Below the pieces are notes generated by a model. The model had not been told where the DNA came from. It worked only from the letters and a program-made list of their open reading frames with translations, and ran no database searches. 64,000 bases of DNA from Carcharhinus longimanus. Its lineage: Eukaryota. This document shows positions 12,565 through 25,086 of the stretch, one piece after another; within the stretch, counting starts at the first letter, position 1; each line of letters begins with the position of its first letter. A program made the position numbers and the translations under genes. The DNA lies in assembly GCA_030264375.1 (NCBI GenBank), contig JASCQW010000081.1:61104806-61168805 (forward strand). The letters run 5' to 3'.

Positions 12565-13672
12565 TTAAACCTGAACAGATATGCCAAACACTGATGGGCC
12601 TTACAAATGTGTCTCATCCTAGGGGATACTGCTTTGACTAATGCATGCGTGTGATATTCTATCATCCATGATTTCCAGCCTACAATAAATAAACGTGACT
12701 GAGGATAAACCTGCTAAGTGAGCAGAATCCAATTAGATGTGCAAGACCATCTTACTGACCCGCCGCCCCGGTTGATCAGCGTATCAAGCCGGGGAGTTAG
12801 CAGGCGAGGATTAAAATCACAAATCGGTTTGCTATCCTCTCGACTCTATTTTGCCAGCGAGATTGGCTTCGTATCCTGGGCCTGAAACCGATTAACAAGA
12901 ATTAAAAGCATTTACCTTTGTCCAACATGGCATCTTTGGCCTCCTGGAATCTTCCCCCTTACCAGTGTGACGGCATGCAGGCAAGAATGACTGCTACTCT
13001 ACAGTAATGGGGACAAGGCACCGTGGCCACATTGGGGAGAACAGAAGCCATTGAACCACAACCAATTCCTTTGGACCAGGTCTGACTCCAATCAGTGGAG
13101 AGTTTGCCCCCCGATACCCATTGATTTCCAGTTTTCCTAGGGTTCCTTGATGCCACACGCAGTCGAATGCAACCTTGATGTCAAGAACTGTCGCTCTCAG
13201 CTCACCTCAATATGGCACTGAAGCATCAGCCTATATTATGTGCTGAGGTCCCAGAATGAGACTTCAACTTGTGACATGACCCAGATAAAATTGATAGCAT
13301 TCGGCAAAAAAGTAAGAAAAATTGGCAGAAAGCAACAGAAGTGACCCTAAAAATGATAGCTAAGTAATAATATTCAGAGGGAAATGATAAGATGACTGAG
13401 AAATAAAGTATGGAATAGATCCTTCACATGAGTCTTCACAGGGGAGGCAAAAAATATTAATTTACAGAAGTTAATGGTTTCATGAATGCCATAAAAACAA
13501 GTTTCCTGAAACTGAGCAATGACCAAAATTGTGAATCTTGTTTAACTTGAGTTAATTTAAGCTTTTCTTTTATTGTAACGGGCTATGATTACAATTTTTT
13601 CCATCTAATTTGGAGGAAAATCACAATTTGGCAGAGGAAAGCAATCACCAGTGTTTTTTTTTTCCTTTACAG

Positions 13673-13741
13673 AAAGGTGGAGCTCTAATAAATACAGTGA
13701 TGACGAAAGCAAATCCTGCCATGAAGACAGCATACAAATTT
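13673..13741 (+). CDS. DENND1B: DENND1B exon D
   Basis: tttcctttacag|AAA...AAATTT|gtaagt; 69 nt, phase 0-0; KGGALINTVMTKANPAMKTAYKF. Confidence 0.94.
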
Positions 13742-15355
13742 GTAAGTCACTAAACTGGGTACCCAGCAAATACTCAATTTGGTTCCGCAGTACTGTAGGT
13801 TGACTGTGACAATGTAAACGATTTCCTCATTAAGTGGGACAGTTACGTGTGTTGGTCACATATTTTGACACACATTATGCTTAAAAATAAACTCCGCTCC
13901 TAGGGGAGAACATTCTGTGATCCTCTTGTTGATCGTAAATTTCAGTCTTGACGTTTTGCAGATGTTGAAATCTCTGGGACTAAAGCCTTCAGCCAAACTT
14001 CTTTACACAGAACTATGTCCTTATATTTGCCTGGAAATGGGCACATCCTAGTTTTCTTCTCAGCTCATGCCAAAAATAGAAGTGATTTGTGGACCACCGT
14101 CTTTATTCTTGATGTGACAAAAGAGGGAATATTGTGCAAAGTGATTGCTTCCATTTCACGCCATACTCACTATTTGAAACTTAAACTTTCCACTTTGGGT
14201 ACAATTACTTTAGCCTTTTGAAGTAACGTCATGGTTCAGGTTTTTGCTTGCATAATCTTGCATCCGTTTGTAAAATCTTCCATGGGATAGCATTTTAGAA
14301 CAGAATTGCTTTTTTTTTCTTGCTCTTGCATTAAAAGGTAATCCTTGGCATATTTAAGAGTGGTAACCTGATACATATTTATTACAGCAAAAAATGTGTT
14401 TATCACATGTAAGCAGTTTTATTGATGGTGCCCCATCCAACATTTGAGTAATCTTATCTTAAATAACTAAAAATTACTTCAAAAATTAGACACAACAATT
14501 TATTAGTTTCATTGGTGTACATCAATCAGTTTCTTCGTAAATTAAACTTTTAATGTTTAAAAGCTTAAAAAAGGTGCTCATCCTTGCATCAAAAAAAGTC
14601 ACAATTTGAAGAGTCTTCTCTGCAGGACACAAGCGTAAAGTCACCATGGTGTTAAGCTTGGCCTAACGGCGTGGCCAAATTTGTAAGTGGGGGGGCAGCT
14701 TTCAGCACCAAGATTGCCAAGCTCAGTTTGTGCAGGATTTAATTTATAATTGAAACTCTTTGATCACTTGTGCTGGTTTGGGCAAACAGCGTGCAAAAAA
14801 AACCCAGCAGAGCCTAGCATTACCCAATATGTTGGTAAAGAGGTAACTGAGAACTCTGTGAGCGTCAAGTTATCTTCCTTTATACCATTCGGGGTGAAAG
14901 GCAATTCAAAATATTATCTACTGTTAATGGATAAAACATAGTAATCTTTTTAATACCTCGTTCATTTACTCATCATCTAAACAGTAGGATGTTCAAATTG
15001 TTGTGCAAATGTTTTGATATTGGCTTCACAGACAATATTCCTACATCTCTTGCCTCTTTCACAAATGACTGAATAATCATTCACTGTCGTTTGATGACCC
15101 ATGTTTGTGTAAACTTTGTAAAATTCACAAATCAGGTTTCACAGAAAATTAATGTTGTGTGAAGTTTATTTTGAACTGGTTACATTGGCTTTTAAAAGAC
15201 CCGAGACGTCATTAATACCCGGTAATAGTATATTGCCCCAAAGGTTCTGCGTAACAGTGTGAAGGTTGACCCGTGAGATTAGTTATATGATTAGTTCCCT
15301 ATTTGGGCCAGGTACTGAATGGAGGCCTGGTACATTCCACATGCATACTAGAGCT

Positions 15356-15604
15356 GTAATAATCTTGCTGAAGCCAGTCTTCTGTCAGCAACACCCTTTA
15401 TTTATATTTGTATAGTGAAAAGGCACCACTTCTGTGGCTACAGTGCACAAGTTCAAGCCCAGAGACTTACAGTACACTGGTCCGGGTAGAGGCAGCTGCT
15501 CCTTTCCTATTAGGCGAGCCCCTGCTAATTCCGTAGGGGAATTTATACTCTACGAGGCCCACAGGGTGATCTATTGACAATATCCAGTATCCTCCACGGC
15601 CATC
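15356..15604. mobile_element. Possible solo LTR
   Basis: TG...CA-bounded, GC-richer block with a minus-strand poly(A)-signal-like tttattt; family assignment from recollection only. Confidence 0.35.
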
Positions 15605-15704
15605 ATTTTAAAAAAAAGCCATACAGAGATGTTCATGGAGCTGAATGATGGTAATAAAAGCCCTTGAGCAGGTTACTTAGCCTCCCCCTCAGGGAATGGA
15701 GTGC

Positions 15705-15822
15705 CTCACCTGAAGCAGTGCTTCAAACACTCATGATTCCAACTGAACCTGGTGGACTTTAACCTGGTGCTGTGAGGCTTCTAACTGTGCCCACCCAACC
15801 CAATGCTGGCATCTCTACATTA
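15705..15822 (+). mobile_element. Degenerate Penelope-like short element
   Basis: ctcacctgaagcagtgcttcaaacactcatgattcc...ggactttaacctggtg...ggcatctctacat. Confidence 0.6.
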
Positions 15823-16280
15823 TGGCTCGTGGAATGGTGCACAGTTTGACTCTCTCGCCATGAGAAGGAAACTTTCTCAAGATTGTTCTCCCTGTTCAAG
15901 TTACCTTTGGACAGCCATGCTGTAGTTTTAGTGAGAATTTATTTCAGAAGTACGTTTCATGATAGTCAAACCCGGACTCTAGGTTCACGCAACGCTGGCG
16001 ATTGTAAGATACAAACACAATGAAACAATACGTGAGAGTAAAGGTTGTTGAGTTAATTCTTTCAAAAAACATAGTTTCCAAAATGGTGTTACCTGTTGGA
16101 GTTGAGTTGAAATGAAATCGGTTAGAAATTGCTTGAAAGAAAATGAAGATTAATGAATTTTTCTCATTTTGTTTCTGTTCAAAAGTCATTCAGCCATTTC
16201 TTTGTTGTCCTTCAAGGGGATAAGATATTTCAATGAGGGCAAGCAAGACAAATAAATAATCTTCAAAAGTTAAAAATACA

Positions 16281-16562
16281 GCTGGCACAGTGGTTAGCGC
16301 TGCTGCCTTACAGCGACAGGGGCCCAGGTTTGATTCCCAGCTTGGGTGCAGGGTCTGCACATTGTCCTGGTGTCTGCATGGATTTTCTTTGTGTGCTCCA
16401 GTTTCCTACCACAGTCTGAAGAACGTGCTGGTTGGGTGCATTGACCATGCCAAATTCCTCCTCTGTACCCGAACAGGTCTGGCAACTGGGAGATTTTCAC
16501 AGTAACTTCATTGCAGTGCTAATGTAAGCCTGCTTGTACCACTAACAAAAACTTTAACTTTA
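16281..16562 (+). mobile_element. HE1/V-SINE-like tRNA-derived SINE, alternative-tail subtype
   Basis: A box tggcacagtggttagc, B box ggtttgattccc, V-SINE-like core, tail ...cccgaacagg...cacagtaacttcattgcagtgctaatgtaagcc. Confidence 0.8.
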
Positions 16563-16884
16563 AACATTTTAACTTTTTTCTGAAAAAGAAACATTTTTAA
16601 TTTTAAATTATCAATCTAATATTAAAGGTTAGGTTCAATCATTTAATAAATGCATATATATGGTAATTTGACGGTAATTTTCTATTCGCTGTGTGACAAA
16701 TCAACTGGCTCAGCAGAATTATTTGCAATTATTATGAAGGATGCTGTTCTTAATCCACAGTGAATCTAACTGGTTCTGGTAGTAACCTTAAAGAAAACCA
16801 CTCATGACTGTTCAGATTTCATATTGAGAAATTTGTATCGCATTTAAAAGGATGGCTGTATCAAACCATTTTTTTTTCTTCAAG

Positions 16885-16941
16885 GCTAAGAACCAGGCTA
16901 AGATGGGGATCAAAGAAGTGAAGAGCATGTTAAAACAGAAG
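16885..16941 (+). CDS. DENND1B: DENND1B exon E
   Basis: ttttttcttcaag|GCT...CAGAAG|gtacat; 57 nt, phase 0-0; AKNQAKMGIKEVKSMLKQK. Confidence 0.92.
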
Positions 16942-17538
16942 GTACATAACATAGCTGACTTCAGTGACATTGCATTCTTTGAAATATCTAAAACAGCAAA
17001 GTTGCGAGAGACATTGTCTGCTAATGATTTGTGAAATTTGCTTCGTTCTTTGTTCAATAACATACATTTTTCATAACTGACCCTCAGGCTATCTTGATCT
17101 GTTATTGTTTCATGCTGAGGTTGAATGATCCCTTTTTTGTTTGCATATTTTATTACAGAAATATTGATGTCTCAAATATTTCTTGGAACAAAATGTGTAT
17201 TTTGATGAAGTTGATTGTTTTGATATCACAGTTAAATGTCAAACTGGGACTGAAATCAGTGTGAACCTTGCGTGTAAAATCTGCGTGAAACTAGCAGCAG
17301 ACTAAGAATGTTAAATCTCTCTTCTGTTCGCAACAAAGAGCATGACTTTTTTCTTTTATCAATTAAGCACAGGACTGATTTTTGTGTCCCTAAACTGATT
17401 GTATTAAAGAAAATTACTTTTCTTGTTGGTGGGCTGGTGTGGGTGCACAAAATAGTTTATGGGCGACAGGCATTTGGTCTTGCCTCAAGTCATAGAATTA
17501 AGTTGAGCTGCTGCTAATGGATTCTCAATTTTGCGCAG

Positions 17539-17652
17539 GAGACAAATGAAGATGATGACTTGCATCTTAGTGACAGTCTATTGCCAAACCTGCAAAGAAG
17601 ATCAAACTCTGATCTTTTACAGAACCGGCTTCCGGCCACCAAACGTAAACGG
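17539..17652 (+). CDS. DENND1B: DENND1B exon F (divergent linker)
   Basis: ttttgcgcag|GAG...AAACGG|gtaaga; 114 nt, phase 0-0, open frame; ETNEDDDLHLSDSLLPNLQRRSNSDLLQNRLPATKRKR. Confidence 0.85.
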
Positions 17653-17694
17653 GTAAGAAAAGGAATTGGCTTGGTTGTTCAATATTATGCACTT

Positions 17695-18062
17695 AGGGCA
17701 GTCGGTGACAGAGTGGTGTTGTCTCTGGACCAGTAGTCCAGAGAACTAGGATCCATCCTCATCTGGGAACCAGAGCTCGAATCCCACATGGCAGCTGGTG
17801 AAATTTGAATTCAACAAAAATCTTGCATTAGAAGCTTAATCATGACCATGAAACATTGTTGATTGTTGTAAAAACCCATCTGGTTCACTCGTCCTTTAGA
17901 AAAGGAAATCAGGCGTCCTTCCCTGGTCTGGCCTACATGTAATTCCAGATCCACATCCAGTGTGGTTGACTCTTAAATACCCTTTTGAGGGCCATTCATG
18001 ATGGGCAATAAATGCTGGCCCAACTAGCGATACCCACATTCCCATGAATGAATAGGAAAAAC
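17695..18062 (+). mobile_element. tRNA-headed SINE sharing its 3' tail with the CR1-like LINE (family 2)
   Basis: B-box-like gctcgaatccc; core aaaacccatctggttcact...ggtctggcctacatgt; tail gatgggcaataaatgctggcc...catgaatgaat. Confidence 0.75.
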
Positions 18063-18369
18063 AAAAAGGTTTATTTTCAAACCACATACCTTTTATGGAA
18101 TGAGTTCTCATTAGGTATCTTTAATGTTGCATAATTGGCAATGCCTTCCATTCTAACAAATGAACATTTGATACACACAATGTATAATGTGATAAAAATT
18201 TGAATTTACAACATCGGATTAGGTGAACAAGAAACCTTAGGCTGGATTTTCCACTTGTTCCATTTAAACTTGGCAGTAGACTTCCTCTGGGATTTTGTCC
18301 TGGAGCTTGCTCTTAATGCGTTTCAAAGAGTACAGCACATTTCACAGGCCATATTCTCTGCAGAAGGGA

Positions 18370-19710
18370 CTGAGGTTAGAAGAAATGTCTTCACTCAAAG
18401 GTTTATGAATCTGTGACATTGCCAGAAAGTTGTGGATGTTCCATTATTGAATATATTGTAAGGCAAATTTCTGATTTCTCAGGCAAAAAAAAGATACTGG
18501 GAGTGGATGAGGACGTGGAGTTGCAGTCAAGGATTGGCCTTAATTGTATTGAATGTAAACTGGGTTCAAGTGGCCATGTGTTCTATACTCCTCCTATTTC
18601 ATATGTTCTTCTACATAAGAACTTGGAGCAGGAGTAGGCAATCCATCCCCTCGACCATGCTTCACCACTCAATATGACCATGGCTGATCTCATCTTGACC
18701 TCAGCTCCATCTTCCTGCCCATTCCCCAAAACCCTTCACCCCGCTACTAATTAAAAATCTAACTATCTCCTCCTCAATTTTGTTTGGTGTTTGGCGGCAT
18801 ACACTACACTCTGTGATAGAAAATTCATGACCTTTGAGTGAAGTAATTCCTCCTGATTTCTGTTTTAAATTGGACACCTGTTAGCCTAAAACAACAACAT
18901 CTTGTTCTAGAATATCCAACAAGGGGAAACAACCCCTCGTTGGCCACTCCATCAATCCACTTTAGCATCTTATGTACCTCAGTTAGTTCTGCCCTCATTC
19001 TTTTAAACCCACCTGATGAAGGAGCAATGCTCCAAAAGCTCGTGATTCCAAATAAACTTGTTGGACTTTAACCTGGTGTTATAAGACTTTTACTATGCCC
19101 ACCCCAGTCCAACGCTGGCATCTCCACATCATTTTTTAAACTCCAGCAAGTATAGGCTTAAACTGCTTGATCTCTCTTCGTAAGACAACTCCATCATCCC
19201 TGGAATCAATTTTATGAACCTTCTCTGAATTGCCTCCAAAGCATTTACGCATTCCTCACATAAGGCAACCAAAACTGTGGGCAGTATTCCGGATGCAGTC
19301 TCACCAATGCCCTACACATGTGCAGCAGCACTTCCCTACCTTTATATTCTACTCCTTCAGCAATGATTGCAAAAATTATTTTGCCATCCTTATTAGGCTG
19401 CAACCACATACTAACTTTCTGCAATTCATGCATGAGGACACCCGTATTTCTCTGCACTAGAGCATTTTGAAGTTTCTCTCCATTTAAACAATAAGTTGCC
19501 TTTTAATTCCTCCCACCAAAATGGATAACCTCACACTGATCCATGTTAAATTCCATCTGCCAAATTTTGGCCCACTCCCCCAACCTATCCACGTCCATTT
19601 GCAAATTTTTTTATTTCCTCATTGCAACTTGCTTTCTCACCTATTTTAGTCAAAATTTGGCTGTTGTGCATTCTGTCCCTGTAACCAGGTTATTAATATG
19701 GGTTATCTGG
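18370..19710. mobile_element. Tail-to-tail CR1/HER1 fragments (plus strand about 18370-18605, minus strand about 18610-19710)
   Basis: Minus strand encodes GVEYKGREVLLHMCRALVRLHPEYCPQFWLPY (CR1 ORF2 C-terminus). Confidence 0.75.
19009..19130 (+). mobile_element. Penelope-like short element inserted in a CR1 LINE
   Basis: cacctgatgaaggagcaatgctccaaaagctcgtg...ggcatctccacatc; flanking att(c/t)ttttaaac duplication. Confidence 0.72.
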
Positions 19711-20699
19711 GACTGCTCGAGCAAGGAAAATATCTGTATACTCTTAGTCACTAAGACTGAAGGATCATTATTGAGTGCAAAAAAGCCTGAATTAGTAGGT
19801 ATCTGTTAGAAGTTTCATATCAATGTCAAATTAGGAACAGAAAGTGAATGAAGTGAGGGAATAAAATATTAATTTAAGCATGGGCATGATAAAAGATGAA
19901 TAACAAGTAATATTTACAACCAGTAAAATCGTAAAGAATAAGACTCACTTGGGAAAATTAACGTTCAGTTTTCGAAAAGTAGTTTGGCAGTCTGTGCTTG
20001 CGTTGGAATGGACAACCCTCAACAATTTCTGCTGAGCTTAGGCTGAGAAAAAAAGTTTCTGCTATTGCGAATATTTGAATCAAGAGCCAAATGAAATGAT
20101 CACATTTTCAGGGAACTTGAGGATCATCACACCTTAGCAGCAATTTCTGGATTTTTGCTTGTAACTCTGCCTGTGGGGTCACCGCAAGTTACTGTTCAGT
20201 TTCCACCCCAGTAACGGTGAGCGCTGTGAGTCCCACCTTTCATTCAGAGTCTGACCCAGTATGTTCAACTGACACGAGCAATTGAGACAAAAGGAAAGGA
20301 GCTATTAATACTTTGTTCATAGCTGTCTTTATCCCGGCACCGTTGCACTTTGAATTCTGGAAGAGGGCAGGCTTCGAGTGTTTATTTTGCTGCAGCTGAA
20401 ACCCTCTTTCTGGCAATGGGCAGGTAAACCTAGCTTTAAATTGCTCTGTGTGTCTGCCACTAGCTGTATTCAGCTGTGTAAATGCTGAAATGGGTTTGCT
20501 GTCTGTAATGAATGCAATTAATTGGTGCCAATGTAAAAATCTGCTTCAATTTAACATCATAAAACCTATTTGTCTGCACTAGTGTATGCCACATTGTGCT
20601 GATGCAAAAAGTATTTTTAACAGTTGCCCTTGTGCTGCTCTTTCAGTTGCGCCTTTCTCTCCCTTAAATAAATGACAGGTTGACTCAGTCATTGCTACC

Positions 20700-21075
20700 G
20701 TCTCCTGAGGCAAGCCCCTCTCCAGGATCCACATGACTAATCTAGTCTGATTTGTCAGTGCAGTATTGAGAGCTTGCCGCATTGCTGGAACTAACGTCTT
20801 TCAGATGAAATGTGCTGTCTGGCTATTCAGGTGAACCTAAAGAGTCTTGCGGTACTTGTTCAGAGGAGAGCCGGGAATTCTGTTGTCTCAGCCAACAATC
20901 ATTCTGAACCACCTTCACCAGATAGTGATTTATTCCACTCCTTGTGGAATCTTGACGCGTCCAAATGGTCTCCGTGTAGATCCACCAAATGACGTGATTT
21001 TATTAATTTAAAAAAGAAAAATGAATTAGCTGCAAAGCATCTTGGCGTGTCCTGTGGTCCCATGGAATATGTTCT
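20700..21075 (+). mobile_element. Deu-SINE-like, highly diverged copy
   Basis: cagtgcagtattgagagc..gtctttcagatga..caggtgaacctaaaga..ttgtggaatcttg..ctgcaaagcatcttggcgtgtcctg. Confidence 0.55.
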
Positions 21076-22447
21076 CTGAAACTCATCCTCCCTCCTCTTC
21101 CAGACTCTCTTTCCTGTGAGTGGGATGCTTTGATTACGTTGCCATGTTTCTGTGCTGCAGATAATTGTTGGCTATTTCCGTTGAGAAGAGGGCTAATGCT
21201 TTATTTCACACGTGCTGATGCTTTACTAATGTATTCAAGTGTTACAAGCTGGGAATTATTGGTCAGGAATCGAATGTCGCATTGGCGGCACATTGAAGTT
21301 CGCACAAGTTGCATTGCACATACTTCAGAGATATTGTTGCCACATATTTAACAAACGTCTTAGAGTCTATGTAACCATGGGTGATGGTTTAGTGTGTGGG
21401 AGATGGGCAAAGTCATGAATTTCAGAGCGTCGTCTGCGATTGGCAGAAAATATTACCGGGCCTAAGTAAGCAGATGGTAAGCATCTCTGTTTACAAAACA
21501 TTAAAAGAAGACTTTCATCTTTAAAATTTCCAGTTCACTTCCAAATCCTATCCCTTGCCAACTGCTCTGAGCAGTGTTGCTAGTACTTTGAAATCTCCCT
21601 CATTCCAGATTTTTTTTTTCTTCCACCCTCAGGTGAACATGATTATTTTTGCAATACTTTTGAGAAAGGGTGATGTAATTATAGTAAGCTTGCACATGGT
21701 AAAGTGTTCTACAGAATCCTGATTCATTAAACAAAACTACACACTAGCCACAGGGCTCCATGATATGATGATAAAGCATTAACTGGCTGCAGTGAGGTTG
21801 TCCTTGCCAGCATTAGTTCCAGGGAGGAGTACCAATGGCAGCTGCACAAGAGAAGTAACCAAATGGTTTCCACTGCATCACTTGTTCAAATAGAAGGTCA
21901 TCTTTTGTGTTAAAAGTATTAAATGCATTTGAAGGCCTTTTTTCATTTAAAATGAAACAAGTGCAAACAATGATTTCCCCCATGAGCCATGTGAATATTG
22001 ACAATACTGCTTTGGAAAAATATGGCTTTAAATGATATGCCTTTGAAACAAAGTAATGGGATGTGAGCATCATTGACAAGGCCAGCATTTATTGCCTATT
22101 CCTAATTGCTCTTGAACTGCCTCCTCAAAGGCTGCATTCCTGTGGTGTAAGTACACCTACAGTACTCTTCAGGAGGGAGTTAGAGAATTTAAACTGGCGA
22201 TGGTGAAGAAGTGACAGTATAGTTCCGAATCTGATTCAGTAAAATAGGTGAACCATAACAGGATAACAGAAGGGCAGTTCAGGTAGGAAGATGCACCAAG
22301 TGAATTAAGGACTTTGACACATATGGACCATATACTGACCTGCATTTCCTTAGCAACACCACAGTTGTCTTTACTAAATAATAAATGGTCGTTCAGTGCT
22401 CCCTCTTCAATGTTTCATTCTAAGCAATGTGCCTCTTGTGCTTGACG

Positions 22448-22529
22448 TATATACTGTTTATATATCAGATATTTATGTGTACATATAACTATATATATAT
22501 ATATATATAAAATGTATAAATATATATAC
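22448..22529. repeat. (TA)n microsatellite region
   Basis: tatatatatatatatatata plus flanking imperfect TA runs. Confidence 0.85.
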
Positions 22530-25086
22530 TGCTCAGTATTATTTTGCACAATTAGATTTGACAAAAATAGGAACCAAGGTTTGGCAATTACTAGGAGTGG
22601 TAGCACCTAACTGCTTCATGTTTTGATATTTTAACAGAGGCGTTAGTTCCCTTTATTTTGAACTACTTATTGCCTTAAAGTAGAGAGAGGGCAATGATGC
22701 AAAAACATTGCAACGTTTGTAGAATGGAGCATTGGTCTCAGTGATTTCAGGACTCCTGTTTTGCAACTTTGAAAATGATAAAAATTGGACGAGTTCCTTG
22801 GAATGTAAAAGCTATAAATTGCATTTTGATTGAAATTGAGGTCAGACCAGTTTGTACACAATTTAGAGTTTCAGCATTTTCCGTTGAGGCCTATTTTTGC
22901 TAGCTTGGAAAATGAACCCATGAACTTCACACAGTCACACACATGACAGTATCAAATGGTTAAAAAAAAGTCCAAAGAAATAATTTCAGTGAAGCCAAGG
23001 TAAGGTTATGCAATTTGTAATGGAGTAAGAAAACAGTTTGATTACTGGCCTGAACACCGAGCAGTGGTGACATGTCGAAAAAATCTATTTCTGGCTGAAG
23101 AAGCGATTAAAGCTGAGTTGCCTGTAATTATGTGTTATTTGCCAAAAACTTTGTGGTCTATTTTGGCAACAAGAATGAGTGACATTTTATGCTTAAATGG
23201 TTCATCATAGACCATTGTGCTGTGTCGTACGTTAGATCTCGCTGATCAGTGGAATTTTAAATAAATTGACTGTCACTTTGTAACTGGGGAAAATGTCAAC
23301 AGATTTATTTGAGGCTGTAGATTAGGAGAAAGATTTGGCTGTCTGTTAAGTTTTATTATTATTGCCTTACAAAAGAATACAACTGCTTTTCAAAAGTACA
23401 GAAATTAAAATGAATTCTGCCTGCTATCTCTTTTAACATATTCAGTCTTGCATAACATTTTAATTATCTGCCAAAAAGTTGTTGGTTTTGTTCATACAGC
23501 TCACATTCTTAATGGACTGCCTGTGTCATCCTTGGTGACAGTTGCCATGAGTTTTCTGACACTTCTTCAAATGTAGACCACGCACAGGGTCTGTTTGAAT
23601 GATTCCTGATTGTTATTAAAGGAATATATTCTCTAATTGTGCAGTGGCATTACTCAGAAATGTTTGGTTTTAAAATAAAATCTCAAATTGCTTTGATTTT
23701 TTTTAAGCATAAAAATGTGTTTTATTCTAAGAATTCCCCAATGCTTGTCTGGAGCCAGAGATTTTATGTAATATTCCAGGTCTGTGGAGGTTGACAGCAG
23801 GGAGGCATGAATACCTGATATGGAGTTACTTCCCTGATGTCACGATAATGCCCCCATTTTCCTACTGTTCGACTGTATCAAATAAATTGCCTTTGACTTT
23901 TAGTGGGTTTCATAGACCTTTTCCAAGGTGGTTAATGAAATTAGTGTTAATAGTTTACAATGTTTCCACCACTTAGAATTTCATTAGCTTATTGGGTTTT
24001 TTTGCCCCGTTGCTTTATTTTGTCAGAGCGATAACTTACAAAGGGTCATGGACAAAATCATAAGCTTCTGTAGTTGGGATAACGTGGAGGTGATTTTCCT
24101 CCAAAATCGACTAATTATATAGAAAACCCCTGTTTTTTGCTACCACACAGTGCTTTGTGAAGTTATTGGTGGCTGGGTTACTCTATATATGAGATGACAA
24201 CGTGAGGTAGTGGGAAAATTGCTGTGATTTCATGCTTTGGTGATCGTAGCTTCCTGAAATGCGTCAGAGCACAGGAAAAAGGGCAATCAACAGGCCAGTC
24301 GCATCCGCCTTTTAAATCTTTGGCAAATAATTATAACAGGGAGGGGGAATGGGGATTTGTGTTTCTCTTAATATGAGCTGTTGTGTGAAAGGGTTTGCTT
24401 TTTCCCCTCTCGCAGTTCATTAACTTTGTTTCCTCTGTAAGTACCGCTAATGTTTAGCCATCAGCAGTATAGTCAAGAACATAACTGTAATATCTGCTAA
24501 AAGCCCTGTGCAACTACTGTCCTTATAATTAGCAATGTTTTCTCTCCTGCCAATTGAAGTTAGTTTTGTGAGATTCCAGTTACTGCAAAAACAAATAGTG
24601 TGCTACAAATAGCAAAGAATTTTCCTCATGTGAAATTGTTATGTTAGTTTTGAAGTTACAATAAGGAGGTTGTGTTCAAGTCTGTTTTTCATGAAATTGC
24701 ATGCTGCAGCCACCAATCTTTGTACAACTAAACTCTGCCATCTTGTGGTCAAATGCATTAATTTCCTCATGAATGTAGAAGGAAACTGACAGATGAGTTT
24801 AATCTTTTCAAGACAAAATAAAATTCTGTTTCTGAAGCTGTAAATAATTTGAGCCTAAAACTCCGGTACAGCCACATTTTTGTCTCCATTATACAGCGCT
24901 ATTTTTGTCATGTTCTTCTGTCCAGCAACGGGGAGGCTAGTGGAATTTGGGATTAAATAGAAAAGTGTGGAAACTGGAAATCTGAATTGAATCTGAAGTT
25001 GTGCTGCTGGGTTTTGTCATCATTGTGCTTTCAGTTATGTATAAACAAACAATATAGTTGCACAACTAGAGTTACATGATTGTCCA

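Noticed and set aside
16281-16345. tRNA-like A and B boxes (also in other SINE heads)
   Set aside because: SINE promoters without a complete cloverleaf; not tRNA genes
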